20,359 bases of DNA. It comes from Ginkgo biloba (lineage: Eukaryota; Plantae; Ginkgophyta). The notes under the pieces were generated by a model. That model ran no database searches, was not told where the DNA came from, and was given only the letters and a program-made list of their open reading frames with translations. The stretch spans positions 177,697,287 through 177,717,645 of the forward strand of contig JANKJI020000004.1 in assembly GCA_024626585.2 (NCBI GenBank). The letters are read 5' to 3'. Shown here one piece after another: positions 1-10,600 of this stretch. Each line of letters begins with the position of its first letter. Within the stretch, counting starts at the first letter, position 1. A program made the position numbers and the translations under genes.

Positions 1-135
1 TGTGTGCAATGGAAGAAAATTAAAGTAATTGTAAATGACATTCAAAAGCTACAATCGTATGTAAAAGATTGCTTTTACTACAGAAGGAAAATGAGATGCT
101 CGCAGAGCTTTACATCAAGCTTGGAAGTGGAATCA
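1..135 (+). pseudogene. Possible decayed plant LINE-type RNase H C-terminal fragment
   Basis: QWKKIKVIVNDIQKLQSYVKDCFYY, then after a frameshift KENEMLAELYIKLG. This loosely resembles W.I..II..I..L....H.YREGN..AD.LAK.G. Weak. Confidence 0.25.
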
Positions 136-1151
136 ATGTCTTTGAATTTATAGAGGTTTAACATCCCTTAAAATGGGATTGTTTATTAAAGTGCACAGGA
201 TTGTCGCCTCACATGAGGATTCCCTTTTGCAAGTTGCATAATAGAATCTTAAGCTTACAGCTTGAAGAAGAAGGAAGAATGAAGGAACTATCTTCAATCT
301 TTGTTGCACTTGGTCTTCTTGAATGTCTCTCCCTATGTTGGTAACTAGGGATCCCTTGCTTCTGAGCTCTTGCAAGCTTTTATAATGTTTCTAGTTATAC
401 TTGTCAATTTAGTTAGAAAACTATTTGTTTCAACTTCTTTCTTAAAACTTGGGTGATGTGGACATTTGTCATGCGATAGAGGAGCCGAGTGGAGGTTGAG
501 ATGGAGTGTGAAAAGGTTTTGAAGTGCCTNNNNNNNNNNNNNNNNNNNNNNNNNNNNNNNNNNNNNNNNNNNNNNNNNNNNNNNTTCATCACTATTGGAT
601 TTTGAAACCTTATTGATGCAGACTCCCAACTCCCAATTACTCCCAATTTCTTCTTTATCACTGGCAATGGACAAATCGTACGAAGTTATGCTTTTGCTTG
701 AAGTTAGTGTTAGGACTTTGCAATTTTGCCTATCTTTTACAACTTATTTCAACATTTTACATTTTCCTCAAATGTGTTTTTTTTCTTAACAAAAAGCATA
801 TGACTTTAAGATTTTAAAGTGCAAATTAGCAGTCCATTGGAGCTTGTTGATAATTTTGGTCTTGGACCTAGTGATCAAGAACAATTGGTTTCAAGAACAG
901 TTTTTGTTGTTGCTTAAAATTATCAGCTTCCTGCCATTGTGAAACTAAAGATGATAATCATCCATCTCCTTTAGATCTAACCCAAATCATAAAGCAGTTT
1001 ATTTACAGAATAACATTTGTGTATGAAGTAAGTTTGGGCTTCTTTGCAAAAACCCAAGTGGGAAGTTGAAGTGCAATCATGCCTAGATAAAATGATGTTT
1101 TGTTGGGGAAACATTTTTTGATTGTGTTCCTAAACAACAAGGACTTGATCA

Positions 1152-1320
1152 TTTTGGGAACATCATCAGGGGCCAGGAATACATTCCTAAACAAGTATTA
1201 TTATTTCTTTGCATAGTTTGGTCATATGCATAAACATATTAAGTGGATGTTTTGAGGACGGCATTAGGGGTTAGGAATGCATTTCCAAACATCTTGATTA
1301 TTTCTTTGCATAGCTTTGTC
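1152..1320. repeat. Diverged direct repeat, two ~70-bp copies with ~97-bp period
   Basis: tttgggaacatcatcaggggccaggaatacattcctaaaca..attatttctttgcatag vs tttgaggacggcattaggggttaggaatgcatttccaaaca..attatttctttgcatag. There is an identical 17-mer at 1200-1216 and 1297-1313. Confidence 0.8.
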
Positions 1321-2167
1321 TTTCAATGAATGTCCCATTCATGTTTATGTTCCTTGCATNNNNNNNNNNNNNNNNNNNNNNNNNNNNNNNNNNNNNNNNN
1401 NNNNNNNNNNNNNNNNNNNNNNNNNNNNNNNNNNNNNNNNNNNNNNNNNNNNNNNNNNNATGTTTATGGAGTGAACAATGTTAAATTACAAAAATATTAA
1501 CACAACACAGAATTATAAACTTTTTCGTTAGTAGACAGAAAAGTAACTTAATGGATTTTTAAAGAATGGTAATTGACGGGAAATATCACCAACACATTAC
1601 AGAAATTTATGAGGTTTTGAAACTTTATAAAAATAAAAATAATTTTTTTTTGAAAAAACCTTCTCCTCATTGTGCCTTCTAATTTTTGTGAAAAATCGTG
1701 ATTTTTCTTCGAATGTTGCTTGAAACGACTCGTATTCAACAGATTTCAACTACCCTTCATGTTTCTTCAACTCAAGCACTGCATTCTGCTAACAACAATG
1801 TTAACTAGAGAATCTCCCTTCATTGTTTGCATGTGTCGTTCTTAAAAAAAACAACGAAATTGAACGATTTCGTTGCTTTGGTCCTCTTCTGGTGAATGCA
1901 ACGTCAACCCTTAAATGGCGAATGGTCCTCACCCTGCCACAAGTAACTTTCCTCCACCATGCCAAGCCTTCACCAACAGTGCATACGTTTCTCACACTCG
2001 AACCGTGACCTATTTTAAGAGAAGCTTCACGCTGGTTTCTAATAGATCGTGGCAGGGATGCCATAGTGACATCAATGTTTTGCAACCAACGATTTCTCCA
2101 AACCCACGTTGCAACCATGATTTGTGATCAACGTGTAAAAAAAATTGAATTGCAAATATTCAACACA

Positions 2168-2434
2168 TGAATATTGGGTATTGTGTACCCTCTAAACTCT
2201 TCAATGTATATTCACACAGAATAATACAATACACAGTGTACAATCATGATACAAAGATTACAAATAAATAGAGCTCATGGAGGCCATGTGTACAACATGC
2301 ACAAGCATGCATAGGCTTGCCATATTTAGCACACAGTTAAAGTCAACTAAAGCTAAAGCTGGACAACTAATTTGACTTAACTTAAAGTACACTTAATTAG
2401 CTAAGTGACATGTGGCAAACATTATTATCCAACA
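2168..2434 (-). mobile_element. Short LTR (~267 bp, Copia-like), copy 1
   Basis: Minus strand reads TGTTGGATAATAATGTTTGCCACAT...GGGTACACAATACCCAATATTCA with TG...CA termini. Homologous to 11539-11817. No matching 5-bp TSD (acaca vs aactt). Confidence 0.7.
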
Positions 2435-2599
2435 AACTTTTTATCCTCATTTGGAATTTTGTTTGTTGGATTAGTAGAAGAGCAAAATCTTTAGTCAGTA
2501 GGGTGGATCCAGAATTTAACGAATCTATGAAGGGGTAAGGCTCTTTTACTCTGACTTTTGCATGCATCCCTAATAACTTATAAGTCATCAGACTTTGCA

Positions 2600-3364
2600 T
2601 GTAAGAGATTTACTCTATAAGTGGATGCATCCTCTGATGACTAATCGTCGACACACTTAATAATTCTATTGATGACTCATCGTCGACACGCTCTGTCATC
2701 GCTGACACACTTGATAATTCTACTGATGACNNNNNNNNNNNNNNNNNNNNNNNNNNNNNNNNNNNNNNNNNNNNNNNNNNNNNNNNNNNNNNNNNNNNNN
2801 NNNNNNNNNNNNNNNNNNNNNNNNNNNNNNAAAAAAATACGGTTATAGAGTACTTGCAAATTTTGATACTTGTCTAGATGAATCACTCGAGTTGAATATG
2901 TTGGAAGTCTCTATGGACAATAACATCTCACTTCCACTGTTTACACTAGAAAACGTAGAGGATAATATTCAGATTATGCTCTGTAGTGCTCAAAACTCAA
3001 TGCAACCTTATTGGAATGCTTATATCACTTGCAGTTCTTTGATTANNNNNNNNNNNNNNNNNNNATAAAACTCTCAAAATGAAACATGTATGTTTGTGGA
3101 AGAGATCTAGGTGCTCAGATGTAGAAAATTCTCCTCAAATCTAACACTTTATACATAATTCCAACATTATATAGAAACTGTATAGCAAGGCATAGCACTA
3201 TGTGGTGTAGCCGAATGTAAACTAGAATGCAAAAAATGACAGCAAGGATGAAGGCACTTGCCTTGGATAAACAAAATGATGCAAAAGGATTTGATTAAGT
3301 CCATTGGAAACTTTGTATATATAACATTGAGATAAGACTTAATTGGCTTTTCTAGGCTGTGACA
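2600..3364 (-). repeat. 3' LTR candidate of the chromovirus
   Basis: On the minus strand it starts TGTCACAGCC at 3364, just after the chromodomain and a degenerate PPT-like segment. Putative other end ...ATCTCTTACA at 2600. Spans two N gaps. Confidence 0.45.
2636..2730. repeat. Short imperfect tandem repeat (~35-bp unit gatgactnatcgtcgacacacttnataattcta)
   Basis: The unit or parts of it recur about three times, with two GTCGAC sites, and run into the 100-N gap at 2731. Confidence 0.75.
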
Positions 3365-5160
3365 TCGCTAATCACCTTGTGGAGATCGTTTCCCTTAGTG
3401 AGACCAATATCTTTGAGAAAGCTGTTGATTCTCAAGTGGAGTTTTCAATGGGCTTGTTTGACCATTCCACAATATATTCTGTAATGTCTTTATCAAGTAT
3501 TCTTCTTGTTCTCTCATCCAATATAGCTATTGGATCATGCATTTTTTTCTCTATTTCTTATACATCAATAAATGCTAGAAAGATATTATCATATTTGTGC
3601 AAAGCTTTCTTAAGAAAACTCACATGAAATACAAGATGCATTTTTACTTGGGTTGGCAACTTCAATCTATAGGATGCTTTTTTAATCTTTTCCAAAATCT
3701 AGAATGGTCCACAATACCAACCTAGGTGAGAGTTTAACACACTGTCTGATAGTCAAGGAACTATTTGGATTCAGTTTGAGAAATACCATACCCCCCTACC
3801 TCAAATGCCCTTGGCGATCTATGCTAAGCTGCATACAACTTAGTGCATGATTATGCTCTCTCAATATTCTTTTGGCACTCCTTTAGCTCCTCTTACATTT
3901 GCTTAAGCATCTTGAGGGAGATTTGGCTCTTCCCCTTAAANNNNNNNNNNNNNNNNNNNNNNNNNNNNNNNNNNNNNNNNNNNNNNNNNNNNNNNNNNNN
4001 NNNNNNNNNNNNNNNNNNNNNNNNNNNNNNNNNNNNNNNNNNNNNNNNNNNNNNNNNNNNNNNNNNNNNNNNNNNNNNNNNNNNNNNNNNNNNNNNNNNN
4101 NNNNNNNNNNNNNNNNNNNNNNNNNNNNNNNNNNNNNNNNTTTGAGGGTGATTGCCACTGTTGAAATCTAGCTCAGTGCCCAATTCATGAAAGAAATTTT
4201 GTTCACAGGAGTGGTGAATTTAGTATCCTGGTCACTCACAATGCTCTTCACTGCCCACAATTTGGTGAAGACTTCAATTGTCAATATCTTGAGTATATCC
4301 TTTCCTTTGTGAGTCGTCCTACAAGGTATAAATATCATCATTTTAGTGGGATCCACAACCACCAATATTTGATCATGTTGTTGTTGTGTCCTTGGAGGAA
4401 AATCTCAAAATCCATGGAGATCCTCTCCCATTTGCCTTCAGAAATAGGCAAAGGCATCAACAAACCTGCAGGGTCATCTCTTTCTATCTTATTCACTTGA
4501 CATTGTTTACATGTCTTCACATAATCGACTATTTCTTTCTTCATGTTTTTCTAGTACATATATCTTTTGGCAGCTTGATAGGTCTTATTCCTACCCACAT
4601 GGCTAGCAAAAGCGTTGTCATGCAACTCACAAAAGATCTTATACTTCAAGTTGGCAATGTCTAGGAAAATAATCCTATCTCCATACCACAAAATATCATT
4701 AATAACTTGCATCTTCTAGATATGTTTTCCATCGAGTAAGGTTTGATTCACCTCTTAACACCATTGATTATGCTTTTTGTGCTTCTCAGATCTCACTTCG
4801 CAGAGATCCCTACACAACTAAAATATTATTAGCTTGTGGTATTCTTTACAAGGCATCAGCCACAATGCTCTCCTTTTCTTCTCTATAAGTCAACCTGGGT
4901 CTAAACTCAACACAATCCTCCTTTAGAAACTGGCCAATCTAAGGAANNNNNNNNNNNNNNNNNNNNNNNNNNNNNNAGTTTTGCATTCACGAACCACCTT
5001 AATTTTCTTAGGATCCACTAATATGCCCTTTGTCGAGAGAATGTGACTGAGTAATTTCACCCTCTCTTGGTAGAAGTCACACTTAGATAACTTGGTGTCC
5101 AACTTCTCTTAAGATGTCCAAGACCAACTATAAATGTTTCTTGTAGACTTTGCCAAATAG
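3365..5160 (-). mobile_element. Decayed chromoviral Ty3/Gypsy pol: RT C-terminus, RNase H end, integrase, chromodomain
   Basis: Minus-strand translations in canonical Gypsy order. RT end KHL*LVLDILRE..KLSKCDFYQERVKLLSHILSTKGILVDPKKIKVVRE (~4980-5150). RNase H end LTYREEKESIVADAL (~4850-4900). Zn finger ELHDNAFASHVG..YVKTCKQCQ, then GLLMPLPISEGKWERISMDF, VVVDPTKMMIFIP, SIVSDQDTKFT (~4200-4640). GPF module KLSPR/YCGPF*ILEKI..YRLKLP..MHLVFHVSFLKK (~3600-3800). Multiple stops and frameshifts. Confidence 0.93.
3421..3536 (-). other. Integrase C-terminal chromodomain remnant (group II-like)
   Basis: DPIAILDERTRRILDKDITEYIVEWSNKPIENST*ESTA fits the P.AILD.R....EYLV.W...P.E..TWE consensus. The conserved W of TWE is a TGA at 3432-3434. 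Confidence 0.8.
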
Positions 5161-6105
5161 GGCTCTGTTAGAACTCCACAGTCGGCTTTAGCCCCTACTT
5201 TGCGAGTCTCTCTCACAAAACCATTTTGACTTTGACCACCATTTGACTTCAAACAAACATCCTCCCAACTCAATCGTGCCAAACTTTCATCAACATCATT
5301 CAAAGATCACTGAACATATCTCCCTTCATGATGACCAGCATCTCTCAAATTAGGTACCTCCAATGTTTGGGCAGCAAGATGGTTGGAACGTGGAAGTGCT
5401 TGCTTCCCAATAAAAGGAGACTATTGGCGCTTGAATTTCCCATACCGGCTACGTATGTTGGTTGATAAATCCCAAATCAAGGGAGGGAACCAAAGCAAAG
5501 AAATGTTCCACATGTTCATTGAAGAATTGTTCTTCTAGAAGAGAAGAAAAAATTGAGTTTCTTCCACTTCTTGAATAAGATAGGCCTGCATAGTATGCTC
5601 CCAACACTAGGCAATAAGCACTGCTTCTTCCTGATGACAATGGTAATTGAAGNNNNNNNNNNNNNNNNNNNNNNNNNNNNNNNNNNNNNNNNNNNNNNNN
5701 NNNNNNNNNNNNNNNNNNNNNNNNNNNNNNNNNNNNNNNNNNNNNNNNNNNNNNNNNNNNNNNNNNNNNNNNNNNNNNNNNNNNNNNNNNNNNNNNNNNN
5801 NNNNNNNNNNNNNNNNNNNNNNNNNNNNNNNNNNNNNNNNNNNNNNNNNNNNNNNNNNNNNNNNNNNNNNNNNNNNNNNNNNNNNNNNNNNNNNNNNNNN
5901 NNNNNNNNNNNNNNNNNNNNNNNNNNNNNNNNNNNNNNNNNNNNNNNNNNNNNNNNNNNNNNNNNNNNNNNNNNNNNNNNNNNNNNNNNNNNNNNNNNNN
6001 NNNNNNNNNNNNNNNNNNNNNNNNNNNNNNNNNNNNNNNNNNNNNNNNNNNNNNNNNNNNNNNNNNNNNNNNNNNNNNNNNNNNNNNNNNNNNNNNNNNN
6101 NNNNN

Positions 6106-6620
6106 GTCCCCATATCCTAAAATTTTAGTAAGTGTTGTATCTCGCACCATGTTCCAGGCCCACATCCGTTCCCATACCTGGCTCCAAGTAACTAAGTTTG
6201 TAGCCCAAAATCCTTAAACCATTTGGATACCTGTGTGTCTATGTGCCCTCTTAATCAATTTAGAGCATCTTATTTGGATCAATTTATATGTTCTCTGTAA
6301 AACAAGCAATGTGCCTTCCAGTTTTGCTAGCATTGCCGGTTCCACATTTTTGTTAAATATATACATTTTTGTAGGCTTTTCTGGAGCGAAAGATTTTACA
6401 TGGGCTTTTGCATGTGATTGGCTTGGGTCATTCTCCCGATGGTTGAGATTCTTTTGCAATTAGGTCCGCAACTCATTGAAGTCGCTGTTGATCTTCTTGT
6501 CAAACTGGTTGAATTTTTCATTTGTTCAGTGCTGCCTGCTGTCTAGCTTAGCCTCCAATGTTTGCACACCATTAGCAAGCCAAATTCTACTCTCCTTTCC
6601 ATCATCTATTTTGTCAGATC
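6106..6620 (-). pseudogene. Degenerate gag-like reading frame immediately downstream of the PBS
   Basis: One frame of ~170 codons with three internal stops (SDKIDDGKESRIWLANGVQTLEAKLDSRQH*TNEKFNQFDKKINSDFNELRT*LQKNL...LVTWSQVWERMW). Its position and coiled-coil-like N-terminus fit gag, but motif similarity is weak. Confidence 0.5.
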
Positions 6621-6644
6621 ATAATTGCAGGATCAAAATGAAAA

Positions 6645-6654
6645 TCTGATACCA
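6645..6654 (-). promoter_or_regulatory. Primer binding site complementary to the initiator tRNA-Met 3' end (TGGTATCAGA)
   Basis: Plus strand tctgatacca. On the minus strand it follows ...GGACCATTACA plus a 2-nt spacer, the canonical LTR-end/PBS layout. Confidence 0.85.
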
Positions 6655-6656
6655 AT

Positions 6657-7093
6657 TGTAATGGTCCTTGAAGGGACTCTAACAGACTAATGCAAAATAA
6701 ACTTGCAACGGAAAGAGAGTGACACAAATTAATAAATTAGGGTCAAAAATAGTCTTTGCCTTCAAAAAGAAAAAAGATTATCACTAGATATCCAAAATAA
6801 TTAGTTTGGGGGTTGAAAGATGAAGTAGAATGTCTCCTTCAAATGAAGACTTGTAAAAGTGAAATTGAACTGGTGCTTCAAACGACATCTTTCTGCCTTA
6901 TTCATAGCTCCAAATCGGGTGCCTGCCCTCCGACTGGACCTACATCAAAACTGGTAATGTGCATGCTTCCTTAAAGGCAGTTTAAGGGCACTTCCTTTCC
7001 AGTTCCTCTGATGCTATGCACAAAGAGAGGTTAGTTTCTAACCTCCTGTAAGGGTTAGGAGGTCTTGTTGGTTAGGAACTGGGATCCACAACA
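6657..7093 (-). repeat. 5' LTR candidate (~437 bp) of the antisense Gypsy element
   Basis: The inner end is fixed by the PBS (plus TGTAATGGTCC at 6657). The outer end is inferred from an imperfect terminal inverted repeat gggatccacaACA ending at 7093. No TSD found. Confidence 0.55.
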
Positions 7094-7518
7094 GCCGACC
7101 AAACACAAAGATGCTCTAGTTCATGTTGATGCATGTTTAGTTCTTCACTAGCTGGACCTTAATAATCATGCAATGTCTGAACTAATGTTGAAAAACACTA
7201 CTGTTAACAGTCTATAGACTAAAAAGAAATGAAACATGGAGCATGCATGAGATGGAAGGAATCAGTACTTGAAGATGCACTATCTGCTGAGTCTATATGG
7301 GTGCTCCTTTTTCTACTTCAGTATTTGTAATGTTTTCCTGCTTATTGAGGCTCAATTATTTTGCTCCAACTTATCACCATGTCTGGATTGAATATCAAAG
7401 GAACTGCATAAAGTGGATCTGAAGGAACAAATTCCCTTTTGTTGTAGCAGCATTTTCATTTGTCATGTTTATTTTCACTAAAACTAACAAAACTGTTTGC
7501 TTCTTGAACTCTTTGCAG

Positions 7519-7557
7519 ATCTTCAATGATTTAAAAGCACAGATATTGGCCTCACAG
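7519..7557 (+). CDS. XPO7: Exportin-7 (XPO7/RanBP16-like), penultimate coding exon, 13 codons IFNDLKAQILASQ
   Basis: Flanked by a pyrimidine-rich acceptor (ctctttgcAG, ends 7518) and a donor (cag|GTgatc). Phase 0, 39 nt. The peptide matches my recollection of the plant exportin-7 segment IFxDLKAxILxSQ and splices in frame to the next exon. Confidence 0.92.
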
Positions 7558-7814
7558 GTGATCTTTAAGGATAATTTTTTTGGCTGTTTCCTCAACAGCT
7601 CAGTTTTGATTTGTGGTTAAAGCCTGCGAATGATAGAGTCTCTATAATAAATAGAAAGTCAGTAATTTTATGGTAGCTTATTATAGCCTGTAATTTCTTT
7701 TGCCAGGCCTTCAGAGTACTTCTTGGAGTTGTGATTTGATGGTAATTATCTTAGAAAATATTACTTGTCTTTCATTTAGTGAATAATCAAAAATTATATT
7801 CTTCACTTTTGCAG
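7558..7814 (+). other. XPO7: Last intron of XPO7 (257 nt, GT-AG, phase 0)
   Basis: Starts GTGATC and ends with a U-rich tract cttcacttttgcAG. Removing it joins ...ILASQ to SPDQQ... in frame. Confidence 0.9.
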
Positions 7815-7952
7815 TCGCCTGATCAACAACCACGACTTGCAGAGTGTTTTGACAAGCTGATGGCCGATGTAACTCGGAGTTTGGAAGCAAGGAATCGGGA
7901 CAAATTCACCCAAAATTTAACAATTTTCAGACATGAATTTCGTGTCAAATAG
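7815..7952 (+). CDS. XPO7: Exportin-7 terminal coding exon: SPDQQPRLAECFDKLMADVTRSLEARNRDKFTQNLTIFRHEFRVK*
   Basis: Hand translation gives 45 codons plus TAG (7950-7952). NRDKFTQNLTxFRHEFRVK is the conserved C-terminus of plant exportin-7 (recalled, not searched). The exon has no internal stops and retains CpGs. Confidence 0.93.
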   Translation, partial: SPDQQPRLAECFDKLMADVTRSLEARNRDKFTQNLTIFRHEFRVK

Positions 7953-8350
7953 CTTGTAAAATTCTTTGTATGCTAGGAAATTTTTTGATGGGATGTGGTC
8001 ATATGTAATTAGGCAGAGGGTATTCTCAGTGGAAAGTTTGTATCTAAGGATGGAAATATTCATGATTTTTTCGAAGGCTCGCACGCAATGTACATGCACT
8101 TGTTTCTATATCCATGGGCTAGTTCATGTGCACATACAAGTGCTATCCATTCTAGGGCAATAAATGAGAGCAGAATGAATGTGTGAGAGCATTATCTGTA
8201 TACCATTCAAATGTGTTCATATTCATTTGTACCAAAGGCTTTTGGAATATGATACAAATTGATTATTGTTACTCTGTAGTTCTTGTATTCATTAATGAAT
8301 GGAACTAATGCATCCAAGCTTTGCTGCCATAAAATTTTGTGTAAAACTAA
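7953..8350 (+). promoter_or_regulatory. Probable XPO7 3' UTR / polyadenylation region
   Basis: Follows the stop codon. U/G-rich with several TGTA motifs, AATAAA at 8159-8164 and AATGAA variants further on. The 3' boundary is a guess. Confidence 0.55.
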
Positions 8351-10295
8351 TTGAATTTCTACACTTCTGTTTGGGATCGGGATGTAACCCCAAACTCAAC
8401 CATTTTCTTTAGTTCTCGAAAATGTAACATTAGCAGATAAAATGAGAAGGCTGAAAAGCTATTGGAGCAGATTGTTTGATTGAGAAGCGGCATTTGATTT
8501 GGCTTCAATGCAGATGCAAGAGAGTAATGTTATCTGAAGGACACGCAAAAGTTAGTGAGTTTCTTCCATGCCGTAACTGAATCGAGTCTCTGAGATCAAT
8601 ACTGGAGCTGGTCTGAAGCTGGAGAAACATTGGGGAAGGGATTTGAGGATGAACTTGTTTCTCTCTATCCCTTGAAAGCTATGTTAAGATCACAAAGTTT
8701 GCTTCAAGAAGACTTCAACTTGTTTTATGTTTTCAAAACCGTGCAATCTCTANNNNNNNNNNNNNNNNNNNNNNNNNNNNNNNNNNNNNNNNNNNNNNNN
8801 NNNNNNNNNNNNNNNNNNNNNNNNNNNNNNNNNNNNNNNNNNNNNNNNNNNNTTGAGTAGATCACATTTTTATCTATTCTATATGGATTATTTCCTTTTC
8901 AAAACATAGAAAGGTGATCTTTCAAATAATTTTTTTTTTCATTTTGTACATATCTTCTATACTTCTAGTGTTAGTAATTAATAGCTACTATGGGCAGTTT
9001 TTGAAATAACTACATCAAATCATAGATATAATTATTATAAGATGCTCAATGGCCCTCGAAAAGTATTTTAATTTTAACATTAACGCTTATCAAACATGTA
9101 GTTCTACAACAATAAAGAGTTTGGGGGACTTAGCTTTAAGGAAAGAGATTAGACACAAATGCAAAAAGTATTGTCTCTTTTACATTCATATACACATAAT
9201 TTAAGAAGACAATCCCTACAATATTGTTACTTGTGAAGATTGATGTGCATACACTAAGACTTAAAACTATCATATGGATTATTTTTTCTTAATGTGGGGT
9301 TTGAGCCACATGATAAATACATTCAAGAAAACCATATATTCACTCCAAGCTATTTTCTCTTCATAGACCCTTAGGAATTTAAATTAGGTCTTTGTAATAC
9401 ATAGGCTCAATTCTAAATGGAAGATTCATCCTTATATTTGATAGTTGATATATATATCATTGATTCCTATTGTAGGTAAGAATAGGTACAAGGAATTTAT
9501 TAAAGGGGACAAATGCTTATTCTCCTCTCCTTAAAGAGTATTTTGGATGATTTATTCTCAATTTATTAAAAAAATTAGTGTGTACATGGTAGATAATAAC
9601 TATCTAGAATATATTCAAGTTGTGGATCTTGATACTTATTGTGCAACTGAAGTTTGGAGTTAGCACTCTAATTTATGTAGTCATTTCACACTTGAAAATG
9701 TACAATTGATCCTGTAGGGATCTTATGTCATATAAGATGAGGTTTCTTTGAGTATATATAGAGTATTATTTCATTTCTTCATGTAGTGAACCTTATATAT
9801 GTATACCTATCCTCATTAGAAGTTGAGATATATTAGCATTTTGAATTTTATCATCCAATTAATTACAAGTTGTATGTAAATACTACAACCTATCTAAATA
9901 CTCCAAAGAAGATTTGTTTGGTTTAGTTTCTTATGATNNNNNNNNNNCATTAATTTCCATTATTTGGAATAATTAGGAAATAATCCTTTCAAGATCCCTC
10001 AATACTCAAAGGGTGACAAAACATTACTTGAAAACTTGAATCATTAGTTGGTAGTCATGAAAATCCAATAGGAGATGTTTGGAAAGTCATTGTTATTACC
10101 ATATTATCTAGAGTTCAAATATAAGACATTATTACTAGTTTCTTTTTACTTACAAAGAATCCTTTGGCCTTAGATGATAGGTGAATTGTTGTTTCTAAAG
10201 TAAGGGATAGATGATTTCCCTTGATTAATCAATGATACCTCATTATCTAAATAGTTTTAGATGTTTCCTTAATATTTGATATCATTATAACTGTA

Positions 10296-10499
10296 GCTTG
10301 CGGGGGTGACTTAGTTATAAATTCTCAAAACATATGCATTATAGACCTAATAAATATTATAGTATATTAACCCTATTTTTTTACCCACTATTTTATACTC
10401 CTGAGTAATTTTTTAAACCCCTTATATTCAATATATGTAAGTACATACAAAATAAAATACGATAATTATTTATACGCCTTTTGTATTTTATATTCAACA
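10296..10499 (+). mobile_element. Possible Copia-type PPT (gcttgcggggg) plus short 3' LTR ending ...tattcaACA
   Basis: A G-run is followed directly by TG at 10307, and a TTCAACA terminus lies ~190 bp later. No convincing upstream pol could be translated. Confidence 0.35.
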
Positions 10500-10600
10500 C
10501 NNNNNNNNNNNNNNNNNNNNNNNNNNNNNNNNNNNNNNNNNNNNNNNNNNNNNNNNNNNNNNNNNNNNNNNNNNNNNNNNNNNNNNNNNNNNNNNNNNNN

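Noticed and set aside
1251-1275. tttgaggac (FED) as a candidate for the missing upstream XPO7 exon (FEDCGNQW)
   Set aside because: It continues GIRG* with no further match and lies inside the 97-bp repeat.
1801-2127. Overlapping ORFs of 105, 61 and 70 aa
   Set aside because: No recognisable domain or splice context. They are explained by locally higher GC.
2155-2175. 8-bp palindrome AATATTCA-acaca-TGAATATT at the short LTR end, suggesting tail-to-tail LTRs
   Set aside because: Similarity does not extend beyond 8 AT-rich bases and is plausibly chance.
2636-2730. ~35-bp repeats superficially like a CRISPR array
   Set aside because: No unique spacers, units are contiguous and degenerate, the context is a plant LTR and there are no cas genes.
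3343-3627. 94-aa hydrophobic + strand ORF
   Set aside because: It is the antisense shadow of the minus-strand integrase/chromodomain.
5449-6165. Long ORFs in the track (238, 191, 168, 157 aa) and similar ones at 3843-4183
   Set aside because: Their length comes from N runs translated as X, so they are not evidence of genes.
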